From the human T2T-CHM13v2.0 reference genome, Homo sapiens, in the NCBI GenBank assembly GCA_009914755.4, contig CP068257.2:20352001-20416000 (forward strand): 64,000 nucleotides of DNA, in the 5' to 3' direction. The notes beneath the pieces were generated by a model that was given only the letters and a program-made list of their open reading frames with translations, had not been told where the DNA came from and made no database searches. The translations under genes and the position numbers were made by a program. This document shows, in pieces, positions 51,651 through 64,000 of the stretch (its first letter is position 1; every line of letters starts with the position of its first letter).

Positions 51651-54600
51651 CCTTTGTTTCTTTAACTTTTATTTTAAGTTTAGAGGTACCTGTGTGTATT
51701 TGTTATATAGGTAGACTTGTGTCATGGGGATTTGTTGTACAGATTATTTCATCACCCAGGTATTAAGTCTAGTACCAATTAGTTATTTTTCCTGATCTTC
51801 TCCCTCTTCCTACCCTTCACCCTCCAATAGATCCCAGTGTCTGCTGTTCCCTTCTTCTACGTGTCCATGTGTAATCATCATTTAGCTCCTACTTATAGGT
51901 CAAAACATGTGGTATTTGGTTTTCTGTTCATGTGAGTTTGCTAAGGGTAAGAACCTTCGGTTCCTTCCATATTCCTGCAAAAGACATTATCTCATTCATT
52001 TTTATGGCTGCATAGTATTCCATGGTCTATATGTACCACATTTTCTTTATCCCCTCTACCTTTGATGGGCATTTAGGTTGATTCCATGTCTTTGCTATTG
52101 TGAATAGTGTTGCAACAAACATATGTGTGCATGTGTGTTTATGATAAAATGATTTATATTCTTTTGGGTTTATACCCAGTGATGAGATTGCTGGGTTGGA
52201 TGGTACTTCGATTTTTAGGTCTTTGAGGAATGGCCACACTGTCTTCCACAATGGTTGAACTAATTTACCCTCCCAACAACAGCGTATAAGTGTTTCTTTT
52301 TCTCCACAACCTTGGCAGCATCTGTTAGTTTTTGAGTTTTAATAATAATCATTCTGACTTGTGTGAGATGTTTTTCTCTTTGGTTTTGATTTGCATTTGT
52401 CTAATCATCAGTGATGTTGAGCTTCTTTTCATATGATTGTTGGCTGAATGTATGTGTTCTTTTGAAAAGTGTCCATTCATATCTTTTACCCACTTTTTAA
52501 TGGAATTATTTGTTTGTTTTGAAACAGGATGTCACTCTGTCATCTAGGCTGGAGGGCAGTGGTGCAATTTCAGCTCACTGCAGCCTCTGTCTCCTTTGTT
52601 CAAGGGATCCTCCCATCTCAGCCTCCCAAGTAGCTAGGACTACAGGCACACACCACCACACCTAGCGTTTTTGTTGTTGTAATTTTTATTTTTATTTTTA
52701 TTTTTATTTATTTATTTTGTAGAGATGTGGTTTCACCATGTTGCCCAGACTGGCCTCAAACTCCTAGGCCCAAGTGATCAATCTGCTTTGGCCTCCAAAA
52801 GTGCTGGGATTATAGTTGTGAGCCACTGCACACTGCCTGTTTGTTTGTTTTTTTCTTGTAAATTTTTTTAAGTTACTTATAGATACTGGATATTAGTCCT
52901 TTGTCAGATACACTGTTTGAAAAAATTTTCTCCCATTCTGTGGGTGGTGTGTTTACTCTGCTGATAGATTCTTTTGCTGTGCAAAAGCTCTTAAGTATAA
53001 TTAAATCCCACTTGTCAATTTTTGTTTTAATTGCAATAATTTTTGGCATCTTCTTCATGAAATCTTTGCTTGTTTCTATGTCCAGAATTGTACCGCCCAG
53101 GTTGTTTTCCAGGGGTTTTATAGTTTTGGGTTTTACATTTAGGTATTTTTTAAATACTGAATTAATTTTTGTATACGGTAATAAGGAAAGGTCTAATTTC
53201 AATCTTCTGCATGTGGTTAGCTAGCTATCCCAGGGCCATTTATGAAATAGAAAATCCTTTCCCCATTGCTTGTTTTTGTCAGCTTTGTCAAAGATCAGAT
53301 GGTTGTAGTTGTGTGGCTTTATTTCTGGGCTCTCTATTCTGCTTTATTGGTCTAGGTGTCTGTTTTTGTACCATGACCATGCTGTTTTGGCTACTGTAGC
53401 CCTGTATTATACTTTGAAGTCAGGTAGAGCGTTGGCTCCAGCTTAGGAGGTATCCTAAGCTGGATGTTCTTTTTGCTTTGGATTGCCTTGACTATTCAGG
53501 TTCTTTTTTGGATCCACATAAATTTTAAAATAGTTTTTTCTAGTTCTGTGAAGCATGTCATTGGTAATTTAATAGGAATAGCATTTAATTAAAAAATTTC
53601 TTTGGGCAGTATGGCCATTTTAACAATTTTGATCCTTCTAATCCATGAGCTGAGCATAGGATGTTTATTTGTTTGTGTCACCTCTGATTTCTTTGAGCAT
53701 TGTTTGTTAGTTCTCCTTGCATAGATATTTCACCTCCCTTATTAACTGTATTCCCAGGTATTTTATTGTTTTTGTGGCAATTGTGAATGGGGTTGCGTTC
53801 CAGATTTGGCTCTTGGCTTGACCCTTGTTGGAGTATAGGAATGCTAGTGATTTTTGTACACTGATTTTTGCATCCTGAGGCTTTGATGACATTGTTTATC
53901 AGCTTAAGGAACTTTTGGGTCCTTACTATAGGATTTTCTAGATATAGGATCATGTCTGCAAACAGGGATATTTTAACTTCCTCTCTTCCTATTTGGATGC
54001 CCTTTATTTCTTTCTCTTGCCTGATTGCTCTGGGCAGGACTTCTAATTATATGTTGAATAGGAGTAGTGAGAGAGGGCATCCTTGTCTTATTCTGGTTTT
54101 CGAGGGGAACACTTCCAAATTTTGCCCATTCAGGTATGATGTTGGCTGTGGTTTTGTCATAGATAACTCTTACTGTTCTGAGGTATATTCCTTCAATACC
54201 AAGTTTACTGAGAGTTTTTAACATGAAGAAGTATTAACTTTTATCAAAAGCTTTTTTTGCATCTATAATCATGTAGTTTTTGTCTTTATTTCTGTTTATG
54301 TGATGAATCATTTTTATTGATTTATTTATGTTCAGCCAACCTATCATCCTTGGGATAAAGCCAACTTTATTATGGTGGATAAGCTTTTTGATGTGCTGCT
54401 GAGTTTGGTTTGCAAGTTTTTTTTTTTTTTTTTTTTTTTTCCGAGGGCTTTTGCATCAATGTTCATCAAGGATATTGGCCTGAAGTTTTCTTTTTTTGTT
54501 GTGTTTCTTCCAGGTTTTGGTATGAGGATGATGCTGGCCTCATAGATTGATTTAGGGAGGAATCCCACTTCCTCAATTTTTTTGGAGTAGTTTCAGCAAG

Positions 54601-57058
54601 GATGGTACCAGCCCTTCTTTGTACATCTGGTAGAATTCAGCTGTGAATCCATCTGGTCCTGGGCTTGTCGTTCTGTGTAAAACTAGGATTGCAACTCCTG
54701 CTTTTTTTCTGTTTTCCATTTGCTTGGTAGGTTTTTCTCCATCCCTTTATTTTGATTTTAAAGGTGTCATTGCATGTGAGATGATCTCTTAAAGACAGTG
54801 TATCAATAGGTCTTGGTTCTTTATCCAGCTTACTGCTTTGTGCCTTTTACTTGAGGCATTTAGCTTATTTACATTCAAGGTGAATATTTATATATGTGCA
54901 TTTATTCTGTCATCATGATGTTAATTGATTATTATGCAGACTTGTTTATGTGGTTACTTTATAATGTCACTGGTCTGTGTACTTAAGTGTGTTTTTATAG
55001 TGGCTGGTGATGTTCTTTCCCTTCCATATTTAGTGTTTCCTTCAGGAGCTCTTGTAAGGCAGGTCTGATGGTAATGGATTCCCTTACGTTCTTTTCTATA
55101 CTGGCTATTTTATTCTTTCCTTTCCATGTTTAGTGCTTCCTTCAGGAGCTCTTGTAAGGCATGTCTGCTGGTAATGAATTCCTTTACATTATTTTCTATA
55201 CTAGCTACTTTGTCTGTCAGCTTCTGCATTATTTTTTTGTGATTCTTAGCTTCCTTGGATTGGTTTTCAATGCATTGCTCCTATCCATACTCTGAATTCA
55301 ATTTCTGTCATTACAGCCATCTCAGCTTGGTTCAGAACCCGTGGAGAGGAGGTGGTGGAGGTGGTGTGGTCATTGGAAGGAAAGAAGGCACTATGGCTCT
55401 TTCAGTTTTCAGGGTTCTTGCACTGGTTCTTTCTCATCTTTTTGGACTTAACGTTCCTTATGTTCCTTCAATCTTTGAAGTTGCTGACCTTTGGATGCAT
55501 TTTTTTCTTTTATCCTATTTGATAATTTTGAGGACATAATTGTGGTATAAGGTGAATTCAGCCAACTTGCTTCATTTCTGGAAGATTCTAGATAGCCAAC
55601 ACCCAGCTACCAAACTCTTGGATTGCCTGCTCTAATTCTGGGGAACTTGTATCCAGCAAATCTTGTTGTTTGTCTCCTTGAGGTTACGAATCCCTTTGCA
55701 CTGAGGGAGCCATGGTGCTCTCCAACCACTGGTCCCTACATTCTGATGGGTGGTACCAGTCAAAGCCTTTTCTAGTTTGGTGACAATGGAATACATCCTC
55801 ATTTGCATGTGCCAGCAGCAGAAGCACAGTGGGGTGCATGCTGGTCAGCTACAGCAGGGTGTTAGCAGGTGCCTGCATGCCTGTCTCCACTCAAGTGTAG
55901 ACTACAGTGGCAGAGGAAAGGCAACTTATGGGGGCAGGGGCCCCTGCTGGCGATTGTATTTGCACAAGTGTTGGCAATAGGGGAGGGCGCTGATGGGCAC
56001 AGGTCTGTGTGCATTCTCTTTGTGTTTTCTATGTGCCACAGGCAGGGGTGGTCACTCAGGGTGGGGAGGTCTGCTGTTCCCTGTGACTAGTTTCATTCCC
56101 ATGGCAGTGTTGGCAAAATGGCCAGTGATGGTCGGTGTAGGACTGGTTGGCTCTGGGACCACCAAGGTTCTAACTGCCATGGTGGTGGTAGGGGGTGTGG
56201 ACTGCACTCTTCTTGCAGCAGTAGCACGGCAGGGTGCACTTACACATATATGCTGGCAAGGTAAAGAAAGCAAAACCCATCTGTGCACATATGTGTCAGC
56301 AAAGTGATGTGGGTGTTTGCTGTAGACACACAGGAAGCTGTAGTGTGGGGTGGGAGTGGGCAGGCTGGTGTGTGGCCATGGCAGCTGCACTTCTGGAGCG
56401 CTTACCCCCTGTCATGGAAGGCCTTCCAGTACAGAAGCTATGATGCAGGCCCTCAGGGTACCTGAGGCTTCCCTGCAAGCAGGTGCTGCCAGGCTCGGGC
56501 TCTGGGAGAGGCCAGCAAACTAAAGGGTGCTCATGTTGGGCCAACCTTGTCTGATGGTCAAGACCACCCTGCAGAGTTCAAGTCCGACTGTTGCCCTAGA
56601 ACTAAAGTCTCCTATGAAAGCATGTCAAGCCTAGAGGGATGGAAGTCCCTGACCGTGCTCCGCTACAAATGTTCTCGCACCAAACTCCCTGGGTTCTACA
56701 TCCGCTGGCTTGCTGCCCCTACCACTTCTCTAAGCAGCTCTGGCTGCCAACCTGAGTGTCCATGGCAGTTGAGGGGCCTCCTGCAGCTGGAATTCCAGAG
56801 GTCCGTGGTTAGAACAGGTTGCTCCTTGCAAGTTCAACTCACCCATTCCCTGAGAGTCCTTGGGGGCCAGGAACAAGTCCCAGCGCATGGTAGCCCAGTG
56901 CAATGTTCCTCCTGTTTCAGCCCAGCTTCCTTCTGTGTCTTCCCTCGGCCACTCCTGGTGCCTTCCATCGGATGATTTGTTAGGAGTGCGCCAGTTGTCT
57001 CAGTCCCTTGCTGGCGGTAATTCCACTTGCTGTGTCTAGTCGGCCATCTTGCCCCAAG
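51651..57058 (-). mobile_element. Near-full-length L1 (old primate subfamily), minus orientation, with an intact 5' terminus, degenerate ORFs, a nested Alu and target-site duplications
   Basis: The 3' end (reverse complement) reads cctttgtttctttaacttttattttaagtttagaggtacctgtgtgtatttgttatataggtag... Antisense ORF2 is supported by minus-strand ORFs: [93 protein letters not shown]-rich 5' UTR follows. The 5' end reads ...tagtcggccatcttgcccc, the reverse complement of the L1 start GGGGCAAGATGGCCGA. CTAAGAGTG occurs as a flanking direct repeat at 51642-51650 and 57059-57067. About 5.1 kb of L1 sequence remains, implying internal deletions. Confidence 0.8.
52510..52838 (-). mobile_element. Alu SINE (older, AluJ/Sx-like) nested in L1 ORF2, with a (TTTTTA)n expansion in the middle A-rich region
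   Basis: ttttgaaacaggatgtcactctgtcatctaggctggagggcagtggtgcaatttcagctcactgcagcctc...ggtttcaccatgttgcccagactggcctcaaactcctaggcccaagtgatc...gctgggattatagttgtgagccactgcacactgcc. The L1 sequence resumes on both sides with the target-site duplication ATTTGTTTG. Confidence 0.9.
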
Positions 57059-60000
57059 CTAAGAGTGTTAAGCAGAGAAAGAAAACAGAAATAGAAAATA
57101 AATTTCATGAGAATTGGAATAAAACATATGACTGTAATTTTTCAAAGAAATTATTGTCTAAAAATCCAAAGGCAGGTGTAACTTATAGAATTCTTATAAT
57201 TAAACGTCAACTTTGATATTGGCTATAGATACAAGTTAAACTTGATGTAAAAACCAAGTTTATTTCTATATGGAAACAATAATATTTGGAAAGTGAAATT
57301 TTAGAAGAAAGACAGCATTTATAAATGTATGAAGGGATTAGAATTGAACCTAATGAGATGGATATCTACAGAGAAAATTATAAATTATACAAATTTCATA
57401 AATAAATAAAGTCATATCGAGTTTATGAGTTGAAGACATTGCAAAGACAGCAATTGTTTCTAACACAATCATGGATTCAATACAGTCCCACCAAATGCAA
57501 GCAGTATTTATTGTGAACATTTACCAACAAATCCTAAAATTTACAAGAAATAAAAAATGGTCAGGAAAAGTCAGGAAACATTTTTAAAAGAACAAGATGG
57601 AGAATCTATTCTACTAGAACACATGGCTTATTACATACTACAATAAGCACAGAAATGTGATATTAGCACAATGGTAAGTTAAAAAATTGAACAGAATAGA
57701 ATCTCTAGAAACAGACAGGTATAAAAGGAACTAATTTATAACAAAGAAGAATAATGAGTACAGGGCCATTTTTAAAATAAAGAGCTGTGGGTCAATAGGA
57801 TAATGGCAGCCCTACCTCCCCTTGATTATCAGGGTTAATTACTCTTGACAACATGCTGGCTTTTTTTATTGCCTGTTCATCTTTGGCAGTGCAGTACATA
57901 ACAGTATTTATGGGTCCCATCGTCATATCTGTACCACCATATCTCCTTTGCTGTAAAGTGACTCTTCTGTTTTAAAAAATGGTATTGATGGATTACCAGA
58001 TCACATTTCAAACATTCAGTAAATCCTTTGATATTAGTGCTTACAATGCCTTGCACAGAGGAAAGAAAGATACATGTTATAATAGTGACAAACCAACTTT
58101 CCTTCCAGGTTGAGAGTGTTGCATGCACCAGATTTTTATGAAGTAGCTGGAAATTCTCCTTGAAAAATTATGCCATGTCAAAGATCTCTGTTTCTTAGAT
58201 ATTTGGTATTCTGCAGCAGCATTAACTAGATTAGCTTTTGTGGGTGGGAGGTTACGCTGTTAATCCATGGATATTCTCTATCTCTAACACTATGTCCACT
58301 TCATATATGTACTTTGTGCCTGCTATGGGGTAGCCAATGACAGAACCTGGATAATGAGAACTTGCCAAGTCACTGCTTCTGTGTGGCTTTTTGGGACTGA
58401 CTCTTCTATGATGAATCCTTGCTGTAAACTTAAAATGCAATACAAAGATCTACACAATTTGTTCCAACTCACGTAGACACACCCACGTTTCTTCCACAGA
58501 CCTCTTTTCATGTTCTTGATAATCATCTATGTTATTTCTCATTACCCATAAGTTCATTCATTCTTACCTTAGGACACTTCTATTTCTGCATAAGTTGGAA
58601 TAACCAGGCATGCTGCTTGACACTCTGCTTTTTAGGAAGATTACCCCAGATAATAGATATGCAGCAGGGATGCAGCAGGTTCATTGGAGACTCATCATAA
58701 CAACAACTCTCTGCAAGTGAAGGAAGCAGAACTGGAATAACAGAAATGTTGAACTAAGATGCGGTTACAAAGATAACTACAGAAATAATTGAAATTGGCA
58801 TGAAACTTCAGAATTTCCCAGAAAGAGAAAATGGCATGGAATTTTGAATTCCAGATAGATTAATAAATGGGATGCAGAGTGCCCCCAAGAGGGGGCATAA
58901 AATGAAAGAGCAAACTTCCCTGTGCAGACTGCATTTTCTTGTGAACTAGTAGCACTGAAGACTCCTAGTACCTGGGAAAAAGGTGCCTTTACCCTGAAGG
59001 AAGAATATGAGAAGCACAACAGAGCATCCACTTTGGGAAGAACATTGGTGTAAATGGAGATAATGTGAAAGGTCACCACATAAATGGGAATAGTTTTGAA
59101 GACTGCTGACTTTTTGAAATAGTCTTTCTTAATAATTTAATCAAGAAACGAATGTAAAAGCACTTCGGACATTATAAGCATCACACCAATATAAAGGGCT
59201 GTTATTATTTAAAAAAAACCTTCAGGGCAATATCTATCTTGATTTAACTGATGTACTATTGAAAAGAAGCTATTGTCAGCAGGCACATGAGTCAGTTAAA
59301 TAATTTAAAGCTTAGCTATAGTGGCTAATGAAAATGTAAGAAAGAGCAAGTATCTTCTTTGCCTGCTTAAAATGTGTCAATCCACCTTTAAGATTTTTAC
59401 TAAACTAGGTGTAACTACAATTTTTAGATTCATCATGATACTTGACAGCAATGAGGAAAGATTCTTTTTCAAATTTTTAGAGCATCTTTTACTACTATGG
59501 TACATTGTCACAATGAATGAACTATAATAAATAAGGTTAATAAATTACAATAAATAAGGTTGATGCATTATTAACTGAAGTCTCTTCTTTATTAAGATTC
59601 CTTAGTTTTTATGAAGTGCCATTTTTCTGTTTAAGAATATCATTCAGAATGCCACATTACATTTAATCATCATGTTCCTTAAACTCCTTTTGGCCATGAC
59701 AGTTTCTCAGACTTGTTTTTTATGACCTTGACAGTTTTGAACACTACTGGTCAGTTATTTTAAATAATGTTTCTCAACTGGAAATTTTCTGATGTTTTTA
59801 TCATGACTGTTCTTGGGGTTATGTGTTTTCAGCAGAAAAATAACAGAGGCAAAGTGTCATTTTCATAATATATCAAGGGTACATGTCATCAACATAACTT
59901 ATCACTGTTTACAATTATATTAACCATCTGTCTGAGGTATTGACCGTCAAGTATAATGATATTTGACACTGTTTTCTAAACTGTAAAACATACTTACAAT

Positions 60001-60882
60001 CAACCATATGACCTTATGTAGCACATCACTTAACTTTTGAAAATCTTAGATATCTATCAGTAAAATGGGAATAAAGATGACTGCCTCCAATGTTTTATGT
60101 AATAAACAACATAAATAGTAAATTTATAGCCACTTGGTATGATCAAAACTTACAAAAAATATAACGTATTACTTTCGCTATTTAACATTTATTGAGTGCT
60201 TTGTGGGTGAAATTCACCATTGTATTAGCTATGAGTAATTATGCAAACAAAACAGACATGGTACCTAACTTAAAAATTTTATGTTTAAAGGGAAAGAGCA
60301 TGCACATAAATCACTATAGTATAAGCAAAGGAAGAAAAAGCAATTCTGTTTATAAATTTTTCTCTAAAACTATACATCAAGAAGTGTGTGATACATTAGA
60401 AAGTAATGTACAGAGTACCTCATTTCATCTGCTCACATACCCTGTGAAAAAGGAGGTTTTTTTCAATTTAATTTTTCAGCAGAAAAAAGCAGAAGTCTTG
60501 AGAAAAAATGCTTTAGATTCAGGGGAAAAATATATCTAAAATCATGACAAATGTTAATGTGTTTCTCCAATTTCAATCTGACATTGAAAAGTCTTTCTTA
60601 TTAGTTGATCACCATCAGGTGAACTTTCAATTTATTTTCTAAAGAATAGTGGGAGGAGAGATATGGTTGAAAAGCAAAATGTTTTCAAAGGTCATGAAAA
60701 GGGGAATGCTGACAAAAGAGAACAGGACATTCTCCTAGGGAGTGCCTTACATGATAATTTAATTTCTTAAAACACTCAGATGAAAAAGAGATCTTTTACC
60801 CTGGTTTTTTGCCTGCAGAGACTGGTAAGGCCAAGCTCTTCCAGTAAGCAACCAAGCATGAAAAATAATTTAACATATTAGA

Positions 60883-60995
60883 GTTAGTGGGTGCAGCGCA
60901 ACAGCATGGCACATGTATACATATGTAACTAACCTGCACAATGTGCACATGTACCCTAAAACTTAAAGTATAATTAAAAAAAAAAAGAAAAAAAA
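60883..60995 (+). mobile_element. Severely 5'-truncated L1PA-type 3' end (about 95 bp plus poly-A) with a perfect 16-bp target-site duplication
   Basis: gttagtgggtgcagcgcaacagcatggcacatgtatacatatgtaactaacctgcacaatgtgcacatgtaccctaaaacttaaagtataattaaaaaaaaaaagaaaaaaaaa. AATTTAACATATTAGA occurs at 60867-60882 and again at 60996-61011. Confidence 0.9.
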
Positions 60996-63900
60996 AATTT
61001 AACATATTAGAAACTACTGTTTAGTCCTATGTTTGGCAACTTATTTTTCTATTAACTTACGAGCCCTTTAAATCTAGCTACTTCAGCACTGGAGCTTATT
61101 CACAGGTAATATTATAAATATTCAGTTTTTGTTGAAAATTTGAACACCTGACTGAAATTAGAAGATATTTATAAGTGAATAAATGAAGAAACGAATATGC
61201 TGAAACAAAAGGACAGAAAGACAACTGTAAAACAATTTATAGCTATTATGTTAAAGCACATGATTCTTTACAAAGTTGATTGGAATTAAGAGAGAGATAA
61301 TTTATATTAAAAATCTTTCTTTGTGTTTACTAGATAATATAATATTTCTCAAAGTTAATTTTGTACACATATAATTTGAAAATGTATTGGTTTATGTTCT
61401 CCTTTTTGCCTGATAATCCACAATGGATAAAAAGATGATGTCATATTTGAACATTACATCTGAATTTCTGTCCTTTCCAAGGTGTAGATACAATTGTCTC
61501 TTTGATATGGAATGGAGAGACTCGTATGTAGGCATTTTGAGTTTACAAAGAAATTCCAAAATTTAACTGCTGTTACATCAGAGAGTATTTCAATTTCTGA
61601 CAAAGTCTGAACACATTGGCTGGCCATCATCTCCCTTGCTCTTTAGTTAAACTAATCTATGTGCTAAAATAAAGGAAAAGAGCAAGGTGATGAGAGAAAA
61701 ATCAGTCAGTTTAGTAAAGCTGGTTTCCCTCCTACTTTTTTGTACTTTACATTATTCCTTTTATGTTTATAATTACACAACATAATTATTTTGAGGGATT
61801 TATGTACAGAAAATATATTTTTGGGAAAAAGATAATATCCATAATTGTGTATCCATTAATAATAGATTTAAAGAGAGATACAACAATAATGAATATACTT
61901 TGATGAACCTGTTGGATATCAGTTGACTAGAAGAGTCAGAAAATAGTATCATAATAAGGAGAAACATTGGTACTATTTTTCAAGGATTTGAAGTGATACA
62001 TAAATACGGCTTCTAGTACATAAGATGGTGGGTCAAACCATTCTGTTTTGTAGATAGCATATAGTTGGAAGGTGCTTTGTTTTTGTTTTCTATTTTATCA
62101 ACTGTAATGTTTATAGCACATATATTTAATATGATTAAAGTATGGTTGGCTTTAAATTTACCAGTGTGCTGTTTTTAGTTTTGACCCAGAAGGAACCCAG
62201 TATGCATTTTTGAGCTCTTTTCTTGCTTGTTTCTTTCCACAGCTCTGCCTTGTTATTTCCTGTAGTCTCAGCCTCCCTAAATTCTGATATTTTTTTCTCC
62301 TACTGGAAATCTGCTAGACTCAATTTAGGTTTTCTTCCCAAGCCAATATTCTGGAAGATGTCTCCAAGCAGAAATATGGTGCAGCTGTGTTGACAAATCT
62401 GTGTTGACAAATATTTGGAATATGAAAACTTACTGGTTGGTACATAAAACATGACACTTTGGGCAACTATTTATTTTTTTAAAGTTATACACTTAACATA
62501 TAATGTTTTCCTTCCATTCCTAGACATGTACCCCCCACAAAAAGACAGCATATTTACACACAAAAACTTATTTTCACATATTTATAGGATTTTTACTTTT
62601 CACTAATTCCAAACTGAAACCAACCCATATGCCCATCCACATGTATATGGATAAATCCAACTTGTTATATGCGTACAATGTAATTCTACTCAGCAATACA
62701 AAGAAACAAAATACTGGTCAACCACAACATGAATAAATCTAGGTTATTTTGCTAAGTGAACCTAGTCAGATACAAAGTAACATAAATAGCAGATCTTAAA
62801 TTTAGTAAAAGTTAATAAAATGTAAGCAAATCATTAGTGGTTACATAGGTCCAAAGTCAGTGGAAGGAATCAACTAGCAAGAGGCAAAAGGAATCTTTAG
62901 GGGATTATGACCACATTCTCTTATCTTAATTATGTCGGTGACTTTATGAGTATATACATCTGTCACAACTCTTCAAAATGTGTGCTTTACATGGATAATA
63001 TTTATTAAATTTGATTTAATGAAACAATGTGTGAGGAATAGAACACCTAGATTAAGTTAAATTGTTGTCTAATTCATTGCTTCAATCCAGAAGTGATTTT
63101 TATAGAGTAATATTAATATGTTATGAGACCTTATGTAACAGGACTTTTGCATATTACAGAGACGTTATTTTATCTTTCACAAGCATAATACAATCATAAG
63201 ACTGAGGGAAATTATGTACTTATTTCTTTAAAAGCTTCTTCAAAGTCACCTTACAATATTAAAAGCAAAAATCAAACATACACTATAAATCTAATCATGA
63301 ATAAATGTCAAACAAAGAAATATTGAGATTTGACAGCAATTTATTCTTAAATAGTTCAAGGCAAAAATGTTATTTGTACTGTTTTTTTATACACTTGAAA
63401 TTATTTACAAATTTTAAAGTGAGAGCAATAAAGAAAATATAAAATCAATCATATTGGAAATAAAAATCATGTTAATTTTTACGATATACTATTACAATTG
63501 AGATTTTTGTTTTGTGAACACATAAAGCAAAATACTGCCATTATTTTTGTCAGAAAAAGTGTAGATTCTGAGTATAAAACAAGAGAAATAATTTTTTTTG
63601 GAAATGAAAAAACACAATATTTTTTAAGCAACAGTCTAAACAAATTATACTGAACTACCATTCTAACTATAAATTTTCTTCTAAAAGTGTGATTCGCAAA
63701 AGATGAATTATATTCTCTTTAAGCAGGAAAAATTTTATGCAATTTCTTTAGGGGTTTGAAAAACAATTACTGTTTTATTTCAGTTGCCTTTATGATTTTG
63801 TCTCTTCTAATTTAATCAGTTCTTTCATAAAAACTATGTTTTTTATGTAATTTTTGTATTTTTACTACTAACTCTTGGTTATTTTCTTCCCAAACGCTGT

Positions 63901-64000
63901 AAAGCATAGCTCATAAAAAGTCTCCTTAATAGACATTGGAGATATGATTGTGTTGCGTGATGAATACTACTTGATGAAAAAAATTCACTGAGTTTTAATT

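Noticed and set aside
55250-56975. Cluster of GC-rich ORFs on both strands (for example 56547-56975, 142 aa; 56052-56390)
   Set aside because: They lie in the 5' UTR and degraded ORF1 region of the near-full-length L1. They show no similarity to L1 ORF1p or to any protein I recognise; they are GC-rich noise within the L1 5' region.

Overview
This window is not prokaryotic. It is primate DNA (human, ape or Old World monkey), AT-rich and gene-poor, and most of it is recognisable interspersed repeats. I find no operons, CRISPR arrays, rRNA or tRNA genes, and no host protein-coding exon; every ORF in the six-frame track is explained by transposable-element coding remnants or by translation of Alu or microsatellite sequence. 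No gene symbols are assigned for that reason, and I do not see a novel cellular system here.

Features I can support:
- About 12 Alu SINEs, several young (CpG-rich, long pure poly-A tails, clean target-site duplications).
- At least seven L1 (LINE-1) pieces: a near-full-length 5.4 kb minus-strand copy with target-site duplications, and three insertions with the 5'-inversion structure produced by twin priming.
- Two MaLR (THE1/MST/MLT1-type) LTR elements with internal regions, each carrying a nested Alu, plus a solo THE1-type LTR.
- A roughly 6.7 kb ERVL-like endogenous retrovirus on the minus strand, with paired LTRs and pol remnants in the order protease, RT, RNase H, integrase, C-terminal dUTPase.
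- A Tigger/pogo-like DNA transposon fragment.
- Two MIR SINEs.
- A 498-bp TTAA-flanked piggyBac-like element with terminal inverted repeats and the N-terminal coding remnant of a PGBD4-like transposase.
- Many microsatellites, including a roughly 225-bp (CTT/GAA)n tract.

The observations most worth checking are the piggyBac-like element with its unusually well-preserved CpGs, the ERVL provirus with dUTPase downstream of integrase, the long polypurine/polypyrimidine tract, and a CpG-dense patch inside an ancient MIR. Coordinates are hand-counted and approximate to a few bp. Family names are from my memory of consensus sequences, not from a database search.
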